The notes under the pieces were generated by a model. That model saw nothing but the letters and a program-made list of their open reading frames with translations, was not told the origin of the DNA and did not search any database. A DNA stretch of 10,446 bases from Thermoproteota archaeon. GTDB lineage: Archaea > Korarchaeota > Korarchaeia > Korarchaeales > Korarchaeaceae. Each line of letters begins with the position of its first letter. The stretch's first letter is position 1. The DNA is taken from positions 1-10,446 of the forward strand of contig JAOZFH010000037.1 in assembly GCA_027491415.1 (NCBI GenBank), written 5' to 3'. Shown piece by piece: positions 1 through 6,921 of the stretch. The position numbers and the translations under genes were made by a program.

Positions 1-10
1 CTGATCCCCG

Positions 11-1219
11 ATGGCCAGGATAGTTGTTGAGAGATCTGCCCGTGTCCCAATGGACGAGCAGCCAATTGAGATCGTGGAGAGGAAGGGGATAGGCCACCCA
101 GACACCATGTCGGACGCTATAATGGAGAGGGTGTCCCTTGAGCTCAATAGGGAGTACCTGAGGAGATTTGGAGGCATCCTGCACTACAACGCCGACAAGT
201 CCCTCCTAGCGGCCGGCGTCACCGAGCCAGCATTTGGAGGAGGCAGGGTGGTCGAGCCCATGCTGATAGTCTTCGGAGACAGGGCTACCAACGTGTACGC
301 TGGCGAGGAGATCCCGGTAGATGAGATAGCCATCAGGGCGGCCAAGAGCTGGATAAGGGAGAACCTCCGGTTCGTGGATCCTGACGAGCACGTGAGGTAC
401 CAGGTGGAACTCAAGCCGGGTAGCGCGGAGCTCACGGACATATTCCGGAGGGGTGAGTCCGACCTGGGGGCCAACGACACATCGGCGGCCGTCGGGTATG
501 CCCCCCTCTCCCGAACCGAGAGAGCCGTGCTGGAGATAGAGAAGTTCCTCAACTCCCCCAAGTTCAAGAGGAGCCACCCCGAGACCGGCGAGGACATCAA
601 GGTCATGGGGTACAGGGTGGGGGACAGGCTGGACATAACCGTGGCCCTCGCATTTGTGGACAGGTTCGTCTCCAGCGAGTCGGAGTACTTCCGGATGAAG
701 GAGGAGGTTCTCGAGGAGCTCAACGCGTTCGTCAAGGAGAACTACGACTTCAGGGAGATAAACATAGCCATAAACACTCTGGACCGGCCTGGAAGGGGCG
801 TTGACGGGGTCTACTTGACGGTCTTGGGAACCAGCGCCGAAGGAGGGGACTCCGGGCAGGTCGGGAGAGGGAACGGAGTCAACGGCGTCATTCCGCTAAT
901 GAGGCCCAGGAGCAGCGAGGCGGCGGCGGGCAAGAACCCGGTCAGCCACGTCGGAAAGATCTACAACATGCTGACCCACCATATAGCCAAGAAGATACAC
1001 GAGGAGGTCTCCGGAATCAAGGAGGCGTACGTGTGGCTGCTCAGCAGGATAGGTCACCCAATCAGCGATCCCGCCTTGGCGGCCGCGGAGGTGTCCGTGG
1101 AGCCGGGGGTGTCTCTCGCGGACATCAGACCGGCCATCGAGGACATCGTTCAGCGGGAGCTGGAGAACATAACGGACTTCGTCGAGAGGCTCATCGAGGG
1201 TGAGATCCCGCCCTACTGA
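11..1219 (+). CDS. mat: S-adenosylmethionine synthetase (methionine adenosyltransferase), archaeal type
   Basis: 402 aa with the archaeal MAT motifs EIVERKGIGHPD, HYNADK, ANDTS, GEDIKVMG, GTSAEGGDSGQVGRGN and EAAAGKNPVSHVGKIYN. Confidence 0.97.
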   Translation: MARIVVERSARVPMDEQPIEIVERKGIGHPDTMSDAIMERVSLELNREYLRRFGGILHYNADKSLLAAGVTEPAFGGGRVVEPMLIVFGDRATNVYAGEEIPVDEIAIRAAKSWIRENLRFVDPDEHVRYQVELKPGSAELTDIFRRGESDLGANDTSAAVGYAPLSRTERAVLEIEKFLNSPKFKRSHPETGEDIKVMGYRVGDRLDITVALAFVDRFVSSESEYFRMKEEVLEELNAFVKENYDFREINIAINTLDRPGRGVDGVYLTVLGTSAEGGDSGQVGRGNGVNGVIPLMRPRSSEAAAGKNPVSHVGKIYNMLTHHIAKKIHEEVSGIKEAYVWLLSRIGHPISDPALAAAEVSVEPGVSLADIRPAIEDIVQRELENITDFVERLIEGEIPPY

Positions 1220-1228
1220 GGGGCGGGG

Positions 1229-2272
1229 TCATGCCCTCGCCTCCACCCTAACCTCTTCCGGGTCCACGATTCCGTCCCCGTTTTTGTCCCTCCAGTACAC
1301 CAGGGTGATGTTGGCCGACAGCGCGGCCTGGAAGTTGGACGCCGCCCACATGAGCCCGGCCCTGGTGCCGTACCTCGTCACCCCGCCGATGAAGAGAGTT
1401 ATCTCGCCCCCCTCCTTGACGGGAATCACAGCCGCGTAGTCCTTGTATCCGAAGTCTGCCCGCAGGGTGACGCCAGCGTACCTCATGCCGACGTAATATC
1501 CCCCGGCTTGAGCGAACTCTACGACGGACGACGGCCAGTCGGGATTCACGAACGGACCTCCGAGCACCACCTCAAGCCCGCCAGACCTGTCGGTCGAGTA
1601 TCCCCCGAAGTAGGATTCGATCAGGTCAGAGTTCATCTCGGCGTCCACCGACGACCTGGCCACCAGCCTGAAGGCCTCCGATCCAGGGTAGGGGGTCTGC
1701 TCCAGCTTCGCCATGACCGTCCCAGATTGCGTGGGCTCAGACTCCGGGTCGTCGCTGTCCGCGCTGTAGGAGACGGTCACCTCGATGGCGTCCCCCGGGC
1801 GGAGGATGGGGTCGAACGGGTCGCCGGTTGAGAGCGGATACACGAACTCGACCGTGGTTCCGGAGAGGCCCTCCTTCCCTGCGGGCGACAGAACGTTCGG
1901 GTCGTCGAGCGAGCTGTCGCCGTCCCTGGTCTTTCGGTCTTCCACGAAGGTCCTTCCGGACGAAACCCAGGCGACTATCAGGTTGGCCCAACCTCTCTCA
2001 CCGACCTTCCTCCACGAGATCGCCACGTAGCCCTTGCCAGGGCTCGACAACCCTATGTAAAGCCTCTGGCCGTCGTGCATCCAGTGCACGGATACCCCGC
2101 CGACCGAGAGAGATGCGGGGTACTCACCCGGCCCTATGGTGCCCATCAGGGTCAGATGCTTCGGATAGGGGACGCATGGGATCGTGACGTAACTATCTGC
2201 GGCCATCGAAGAAGCTGCGGGGGCCGGAATGCCCAGAAGCAGTAGCAGTGCAATCGTGCCTGCCCTTCGCAT
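1229..2272 (-). CDS. Secreted/cell-surface protein: signal peptide, DOMON-like beta-sandwich, and C-terminal S-layer-like domain with a DxNxDG loop
   Basis: N-terminus MRRAGTIALLLLLGIPAPAASS looks like a Sec signal. The central region (VHWMHDGQRLYIGLSSPGKGYVAISW...NLIVAWV...FVED...GTTVEFVYPLSTGDPFDPIL) has the DOMON pattern. The C-terminal region has VVLGGPFVNP, IGGVTRYGTRAG and WRDKNGDGIVDPEE. Domain calls are by motif recall, not a search. Confidence 0.7.
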   Translation of the reverse strand: MRRAGTIALLLLLGIPAPAASSMAADSYVTIPCVPYPKHLTLMGTIGPGEYPASLSVGGVSVHWMHDGQRLYIGLSSPGKGYVAISWRKVGERGWANLIVAWVSSGRTFVEDRKTRDGDSSLDDPNVLSPAGKEGLSGTTVEFVYPLSTGDPFDPILRPGDAIEVTVSYSADSDDPESEPTQSGTVMAKLEQTPYPGSEAFRLVARSSVDAEMNSDLIESYFGGYSTDRSGGLEVVLGGPFVNPDWPSSVVEFAQAGGYYVGMRYAGVTLRADFGYKDYAAVIPVKEGGEITLFIGGVTRYGTRAGLMWAASNFQAALSANITLVYWRDKNGDGIVDPEEVRVEARA

Positions 2273-2293
2273 ACTGCGGCGGCGTCAAGTCGA

Positions 2294-2302
2294 CCTTAAT
2301 TC
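2294..2302 (-). promoter_or_regulatory. Putative TATA box for the secreted-protein gene (probably leaderless)
   Basis: AT-rich AATTAAG on the minus strand about 25 nt upstream of the ATG at 2272 in a GC-rich background; no RBS seen. Confidence 0.4.
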
Positions 2303-2352
2303 ACTTTGTGTCGTCGGCAGCCGATGGTCTCCCCTCCAGGGGCTGACCGCAG

Positions 2353-2360
2353 GTTTATTT
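2353..2360 (+). promoter_or_regulatory. Putative TATA box for the SPFH-PPC pair (probably leaderless)
   Basis: GTTTATTT ends 23 nt upstream of the ATG at 2384. Confidence 0.5.
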
Positions 2361-2383
2361 CCCGTGGCACGAGGGCGCCTCAG

Positions 2384-3361
2384 ATGCCTGGCCGGGTTGA
2401 GGTGAAGATCCCAGAGGGGTCTGGCGGGAAGTTCTCCAAAGTCCTCGCGATCCTCGTCTTGCTCGTTCTGGTGGCCGTCTCCGCCAACAGGGTCGTGTTC
2501 AGGGTCGACTTGGGCTACGCGGGGGTCATAGTTGATCCCATCACGGGTTACATCTCACCAACCCCGGTGTTGGGGCCGAGGATCGGCTTCAAGGCCCCGT
2601 GGAGGGTGGTGAAGAACGTCTATGTAGCCACAGACGCCGTCCACATGTGGACTGAATATCAGCAGGCCCTCGTCGGCCGGGGGGAGCTGATCGGCGACTA
2701 TCCGGCCATCGAGACGCTGACCAAGGACGGCCTCCAGGCATGGATAGACCTGACGGTCAGGTGGCATATCAGGCCGGAGTACGCTCCCGCGATCGTGAAG
2801 TCCTACCCCAACCTTGACTACGAGGACAAGTTCCTTATACCGGAGATCAGGAAGGTCGCTAGGGATGTGGTGGCCCAGTACGAGGCCGCCATGATATCTG
2901 AAGTGCGTCAGAGCATAGGATTAGAGATAATGGATCGCCTGCAGAGGAACCTCGACGCTGATGAGAAGGTGGGAGGGGCCTTCGTCATAGACGAGGTCTA
3001 CGTGAGGAACATAAGGCTGCCGGACGAGTTCATGAACGCGATTCAGGCGAAGCTCGCCGCCCAGCAGAGGATGATTGCAGCAGAGTACGAGAGGAACAGG
3101 ACGCTGATCCTGGCCAACGCGTCCGCGCAGGCCAAGATATTGGAGGCTCAGGGAGAGGCGGAGGCGAGGATAATTCAGGCGAAGGCCGTGGCCGACGCCA
3201 TAGACCTGATAGCTCAGGCCGGTGGGAACAGGGAGGCCATCGCCCAGCTATACGTCCTCCTTCAGAATCTGGCCCAGCTGCAGGCCAACGGCACTAGGTT
3301 CATAATAGTCCTCTCTCCGGAGGGCGCCCAGCTCCCCATTCTCTACCCCGTGGGTGGGTGA
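2384..3361 (+). CDS. SPFH/Band 7 (prohibitin/HflC-like) membrane protein
   Basis: One N-terminal TM helix (VLAILVLLVLVAVSA), GFKAPW, AIETLTKDGLQAWIDLTVRW, VYVRNIRLPDEFMNAIQAK and an Ala/Glu-rich coiled coil (AQGEAEARIIQAKA). Start moved from 2306 to the in-frame ATG at 2384 because of the TATA-like box and the non-protein-like upstream extension. Confidence 0.9.
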   Translation: MPGRVEVKIPEGSGGKFSKVLAILVLLVLVAVSANRVVFRVDLGYAGVIVDPITGYISPTPVLGPRIGFKAPWRVVKNVYVATDAVHMWTEYQQALVGRGELIGDYPAIETLTKDGLQAWIDLTVRWHIRPEYAPAIVKSYPNLDYEDKFLIPEIRKVARDVVAQYEAAMISEVRQSIGLEIMDRLQRNLDADEKVGGAFVIDEVYVRNIRLPDEFMNAIQAKLAAQQRMIAAEYERNRTLILANASAQAKILEAQGEAEARIIQAKAVADAIDLIAQAGGNREAIAQLYVLLQNLAQLQANGTRFIIVLSPEGAQLPILYPVGG

Positions 3362-3367
3362 GGATTT

Positions 3368-3784
3368 ATGAGGGCCAACCTGACGTCAGTTCACGTAGTC
3401 AGGCTCGACACGGGAGATGAGGTGATCTCGACGCTCTCGAGCAGGCTGAGAGAGCTTGGAGTCAAGGGCGCGGCGATAATGGGGATAGGCGGGGTCTCCA
3501 GGGCGAGGGTGGGGGTGTTCGACCCCTCGGCGGGGAAGTACAGGGAGAGGGAGGTGGAGGGCTTTCACGAGGTGGTCTCCCTGATGGGGAACGCCTCGGT
3601 CCGGGAGGACGGGAGCACGTTCCTTCACCTCCACGTGTCCCTGGCCAGCGAGTCCGGCTCCGTGGCGGGGCACCTGCTCGAGGCGGTCGTGGAGCCGACG
3701 CTAGAGGTGTTCGTGTTCTCGCTGGACTCAGAGATCAAGAGAACGCTGAAGACCCCCTACGGCTTCGTCGCGCTGGACGTGTGA
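3368..3784 (+). CDS. PPC domain (DUF296) protein
   Basis: VVRLDTGDEV, GIGGV, EVVSLMGN, HLHVSLA, AGHL and TLEV motifs are typical of PPC/DUF296. Starts 6 nt after the SPFH gene. Confidence 0.92.
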   Translation: MRANLTSVHVVRLDTGDEVISTLSSRLRELGVKGAAIMGIGGVSRARVGVFDPSAGKYREREVEGFHEVVSLMGNASVREDGSTFLHLHVSLASESGSVAGHLLEAVVEPTLEVFVFSLDSEIKRTLKTPYGFVALDV

Positions 3785-3796
3785 ACCTCAGGGCCG

Positions 3797-4165
3797 TCAC
3801 TTCTCCGGAGGAACCCCCTTGAGGGGGATCAAGCAGAGGAACTCTAGGTCCTCCTCGCCAGTGTTCTTGTAATAGTGCTCCACGTTGGGCGGAATGAACA
3901 GGAAGGTCCCCTCGCTCACCACATATTCCTCCTCCCCTATCCTCACCAGGCCGCTTCCCCTCAGAACGAAGATCTCGTGCTCCCAGTCGTGAGAGTGCGA
4001 GGGGATGGACCCACCGGGACCGATCCTGAAGAGCCTCATGGCGAAGTTCGGCGCCCCGTCCTTCTTGGAGATGAGCCACCTAACGGTCGTGTTCTCGGCT
4101 ATCTCCACGGGCTCCTCGAGCACATCTCGAGATTTTCCAACCTTTGGCTTCAACTCCGGGGTCAC
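3797..4165 (-). CDS. Cupin domain protein (Cupin_2, metal-binding)
   Basis: GAPNFAMRLF, cupin motif 1 IPSHSHDWEHEIFVLRGSG and motif 2 FIPPNVEHYYKN. GTG start. Confidence 0.92.
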   Translation of the reverse strand: MTPELKPKVGKSRDVLEEPVEIAENTTVRWLISKKDGAPNFAMRLFRIGPGGSIPSHSHDWEHEIFVLRGSGLVRIGEEEYVVSEGTFLFIPPNVEHYYKNTGEEDLEFLCLIPLKGVPPEK

Positions 4166-4190
4166 CGGTCCGGACCCTTGGGCTAACGAC

Positions 4191-5102
4191 TTAATCTCTC
4201 CCCCTACCCTTGGGTACCCTGACCTTGGCGATTTCCCCCAGCAGAGCCTTGAGGCGCCTAACCAGTTCCTGAAGCTTCCTGTTGGCTTCTGCCGATCTCT
4301 TCTTCATGAGCTCACAGTCCCTGTCCCCGAACTTCAGGGGGAAGGTGGCTTGGAGCCTGACGGGAGTTATGGAGATGGCCCTCTCCACCATCAGCGCGTA
4401 GAGGTCTGTCCCTCTCTCCCTCTCCCCGACGCTCAGCGGGTTTGATCCGATCCAGTAGTAGGGCTTGCCGCGGGGGTCGAGCCTCTCTAGGATGTAGTTC
4501 TCGAACTTGGTCCAGCCGAGCCTGGTGAGCCTGACAGGGGTGTCGTCGGAAATTCGAAACGGGAAGTTGACGTTCAAGAGGTCCACTCCCTCCGGGAGCC
4601 CGTTCTCGAGTATCCAGGCGGCGATCTCGGCCGCGACCCTGCCGTGAATAGAGAAGGCCTCGGGGGTTGTCGGCTTATGGGTCTCTGGTATCTCCGCCGA
4701 GAAGGCGACCGCCGGGATGCCGTTGAGGACGCCCTGAATTGCTCCAGCGATTGTTCCACTGGTGAACAGGTTGTCCACCGTGATGTTGTCGCCCATGTTT
4801 ATGCCGCTGACCACGAGGTCGGGCTTGTCCGCCATGATCTCGCCGAGGGCTATCATTACGCAGTCTCCGGGCGTTCCGCTCACTAGGTAGGCCTTGCCGT
4901 ACTTCCCCCTGCCCAGCTTGGCGTAGATCTCCCTGACCCTGAGGGGCTTGTGCAGCGTCACGCCCTTGCCGGCGGCGCTCATCTCCCGCTCCGGAACTAC
5001 GCAGGTCACCTCTCCAATCTCCTTGTCTAGGAGCGCTCGCCAGAGGGACCTGAGGGCGGGGGAGTTCACGCCGTCGTCGTTCGTTACGAGGATGGAAGGC
5101 AT
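4191..5102 (-). CDS. surE: 5'/3'-nucleotidase SurE
   Basis: ILVTNDDG, SGTPGDC, PDLVVSGINMGDN, SGTIAGA, LLNVNFP, DPRGKPYYWI and ISITP. RBS GGGGAGTGA overlaps the upstream gene's stop. Confidence 0.96.
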   Translation of the reverse strand: MPSILVTNDDGVNSPALRSLWRALLDKEIGEVTCVVPEREMSAAGKGVTLHKPLRVREIYAKLGRGKYGKAYLVSGTPGDCVMIALGEIMADKPDLVVSGINMGDNITVDNLFTSGTIAGAIQGVLNGIPAVAFSAEIPETHKPTTPEAFSIHGRVAAEIAAWILENGLPEGVDLLNVNFPFRISDDTPVRLTRLGWTKFENYILERLDPRGKPYYWIGSNPLSVGERERGTDLYALMVERAISITPVRLQATFPLKFGDRDCELMKKRSAEANRKLQELVRRLKALLGEIAKVRVPKGRGRD

Positions 5103-5106
5103 TCCG

Positions 5107-5823
5107 TCACTCCCCGCCTAGGGCAGACATAACCACATCGACGGCGAACTTCTCCTCCGGCTGAACGCCCACGAGCCGCCCCTTCGCCACCCACTCCCCG
5201 TCTTCGTAGGTGTAAACCACCGTGTCGGGGACGGCGCTCACCCCCAGCGAGTCGGCGAGGTCTGGGTTCTCCCAAGCCTCCACGGTCTCGGCCTCGATCG
5301 TTTTCGGCACAGCTATGGCGAACTTGTTCGCTAGGAGGACCTGGTGCGGGCAGTAGGGGCAAGTGGGCGTGACGTACACCTGCAGCTTGATCCGCTTGCC
5401 CAGCTCGGTGAGCTTCTTCAGGGCGTCCACCGTGCTCGGCGAGAGCCCGCTCTCACCCTTGGAAGTTAGGATGATGGTCTCGAGGAACGCCCACGCCTCG
5501 TAGCCAGAGGGAGCCCCGGTGTACCGGATGGCCACCCTGTCCGGGCCTATCAGCACCGTAGGCGTCCTCCTTGGGTCTACCCCGAGATCCTCAGCCTCCC
5601 CAAGACTGTTCGTGACGTCGACTATCCTCGGAATCACCTTGTCGCTCAGGTCCGCGATTTCCCGTATTAACTGGGCTGTCCACTGGGAGTACTCGGCGTT
5701 TTGACTGCCGACGACGGTGACGACCTCTACGGGGTCCCTCATCTCGGCTTCGAGCCTAGCCTTTAGCTATGAAGCCGTCTTTTCGTCAATTATTCTGTCG
5801 TGAACGTGCTCGTGGTGTCCCAA
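5107..5823 (-). CDS. Protein disulfide oxidoreductase (PDO; two thioredoxin folds), with an in-frame TAG at codon 19 (readthrough, pseudogene or error)
   Basis: C-terminal unit VYVTPTCPYCP...VEAWENPDLADSLGVSAVP and IRYTGAPSGYEAWAFLETI match the archaeal PDO family. Manual translation upstream of the track's ATG (5742) gives TTG(5823)-GHHEHVHDRIIDEKTAS-TAG-LKARLEAE-MRDPVEV, with GAGGTGAT 3 nt before the TTG. The uninterrupted ORF is 5107..5742. Confidence 0.85.
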
Positions 5824-5826
5824 TAG

Positions 5827-5834
5827 ATCACCTC
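5827..5834 (-). promoter_or_regulatory. Shine-Dalgarno site GAGGTGAT for the TTG start of the PDO gene
   Basis: Minus strand reads cGAGGTGATctaTTG, the same geometry as GGGGGTGATtgtATG in front of POR beta. Confidence 0.75.
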
Positions 5835-5856
5835 GCGGCCCCCTCTCAACACAAGG

Positions 5857-5865
5857 CTATTTAAG
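5857..5865 (-). promoter_or_regulatory. Putative TATA box for the PDO-surE(-cupin) transcript
   Basis: CTTAAATAG on the minus strand about 35 nt upstream of the TTG at 5823. Confidence 0.55.
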
Positions 5866-5881
5866 TTATTCTCCCGCCCCC

Positions 5882-5910
5882 GAGAGATCAAAGGGCCGTT
5901 TGAGCCTCTC
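5882..5910. promoter_or_regulatory. Palindrome (candidate operator) between the divergent PDO and POR promoters
   Basis: TCAAAGGGCCGTTTGA (5888-5903) is self-complementary at 14/16 positions and is flanked by GAGAG and CTCTC. Confidence 0.35.
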
Positions 5911-6000
5911 TGAGGATCTTGAACGGTCATTTTGGATCCTCTAGGCTACGATCTACACCTCCAGGGTTCAGGAGATCTGCCTCTGCTCCACTGTGTCAAC

Positions 6001-6011
6001 GTTTTTTACAT
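6001..6011 (+). promoter_or_regulatory. Putative TATA box of the POR operon
   Basis: GTTTTTTACAT about 32-42 nt upstream of the ATG at 6043, followed by an RBS-like GGGGGTG. Confidence 0.5.
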
Positions 6012-6042
6012 CCACGGAACGGGGAGCAGGGGGTGTCCCCTA

Positions 6043-6624
6043 ATGCTGGAAATCAGGTGGCACGGCCGGGGAGGTCAGGGCGTCTGGAGCGCATCCGCCG
6101 TCCTGGCTTCCGCGGCCATAAACACGGGAAAGTACGCACAGTCCTTTCCACAATTTGGACCCGAGAGGACTGGCGCACCCGTCCTAGCCTTCAACAGGAT
6201 CGACGACAGGCCCATCGTCGTTCACTCGATGATCTACGAGCCGGACATTGTGGTTGTCATCGACAGGACTCTGCTCTCGGATAGGGAGGCGATACTTGGT
6301 GGCCTGAGACCCGGTGGCCACCTCATAGCCGACACAGATGAGTCTCCCGAGGAGCTCCGTGCCAGGCTGCAGGTCCACGATAGCATCCACGTCTGGACCT
6401 TGGATGCCGTGACCCTAGCCCTCGAGGAGGTCGGAAGGGCCTTTACGAACACGCCCATGCTGGGAGCCGTGATCAAGGCCGCGGGCGTAGTCCCGCTCGA
6501 GGCCATAGAGGAGTCCATCAAGGAGAGGTGGAAGGGCGAGATCGGAGAAAAGAACGTCAAGGCCGTCCGGAGGGCCTTCAACGAGGTTGCGCACTCTCCG
6601 GCCAAGGTGGAGGTGACCGCGTGA
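6043..6624 (+). CDS. porG: Pyruvate/2-oxoacid:ferredoxin oxidoreductase gamma subunit
   Basis: MLEIRWHGRGGQG, QSFPQFGPERTGAPV, YEPDIVVVID and NTPMLGA. Start moved from 5932 to the in-frame ATG at 6043, which follows an RBS-like GGGGGTG. Confidence 0.93.
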   Translation: MLEIRWHGRGGQGVWSASAVLASAAINTGKYAQSFPQFGPERTGAPVLAFNRIDDRPIVVHSMIYEPDIVVVIDRTLLSDREAILGGLRPGGHLIADTDESPEELRARLQVHDSIHVWTLDAVTLALEEVGRAFTNTPMLGAVIKAAGVVPLEAIEESIKERWKGEIGEKNVKAVRRAFNEVAHSPAKVEVTA

Positions 6625-6896
6625 TGTCCGCGCTGAGGGGTTGGAAGGAGATCCCCATCGCGGGTATACCGTTCGAGCCTGCCGTGAAGTACAAGACCGG
6701 AGACTGGAGAGTCTTCAGGCCGGTGATCGACAACGAGAAGTGCATCAAGTGCGGGCTGTGCTGGATGTTCTGCCCCGACAGCTCTATCATCTGGGACGGC
6801 GACAACTTCCCGACCGTCGACTACGAGCACTGCAAGGGGTGCGGCATCTGCGCCCACGAGTGCCCCACGAAGGCCATCGAGATGGTCAGGGGATGA
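6624..6896 (+). CDS. porD: Pyruvate/2-oxoacid:ferredoxin oxidoreductase delta subunit (2x[4Fe-4S])
   Basis: KTGDWRVFRPVID, CIKCGLCWMFCP and DYEHCKGCGICAHECP. ATG overlaps the gamma stop (TGATG), with GGAGGTGA upstream. This is the 3' part of track ORF 6528..6896. Confidence 0.94.
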   Translation: MSALRGWKEIPIAGIPFEPAVKYKTGDWRVFRPVIDNEKCIKCGLCWMFCPDSSIIWDGDNFPTVDYEHCKGCGICAHECPTKAIEMVRG

Positions 6897-6921
6897 TTGT
6901 TGATTTGGGAGGTGTGAGTCA

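Noticed and set aside
184-735. Antisense and alternative-frame ORFs within mat, and similar short ORFs within other genes
   Set aside because: They are fully nested in well-supported genes and have no motifs or expression signals.
862-885. MAT motif reads GRGNGVNG where GRGNRVNG is recalled
   Set aside because: It is a single substitution that cannot be evaluated without an alignment; all other motifs are intact.
2306-2383. N-terminal extension of the SPFH ORF
   Set aside because: It overlaps a TATA-like box, is not protein-like, and ATG 2384 fits better.
5720-5769. PYLIS/SECIS-like hairpin after the in-frame TAG
   Set aside because: Only 4-bp stems (UAGC/GCUA, GGCU/AGCC) are visible, which is not above chance. 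The codon is TAG rather than TGA and is not at a Cys position, so selenocysteine is not indicated.
6001-6009. Possible SurR site (GTTn3AAC), considered because pdo is SurR-regulated in Thermococcales
   Set aside because: The best match GTTTTTTAC has a mismatch and is simply the TATA-like run; no exact site was seen in the intergenic region.
5932-6042. 37-aa N-terminal extension of POR gamma in the ORF track
   Set aside because: The family begins at MLEIRWHGRGGQG, and the extension overlaps the promoter and RBS.
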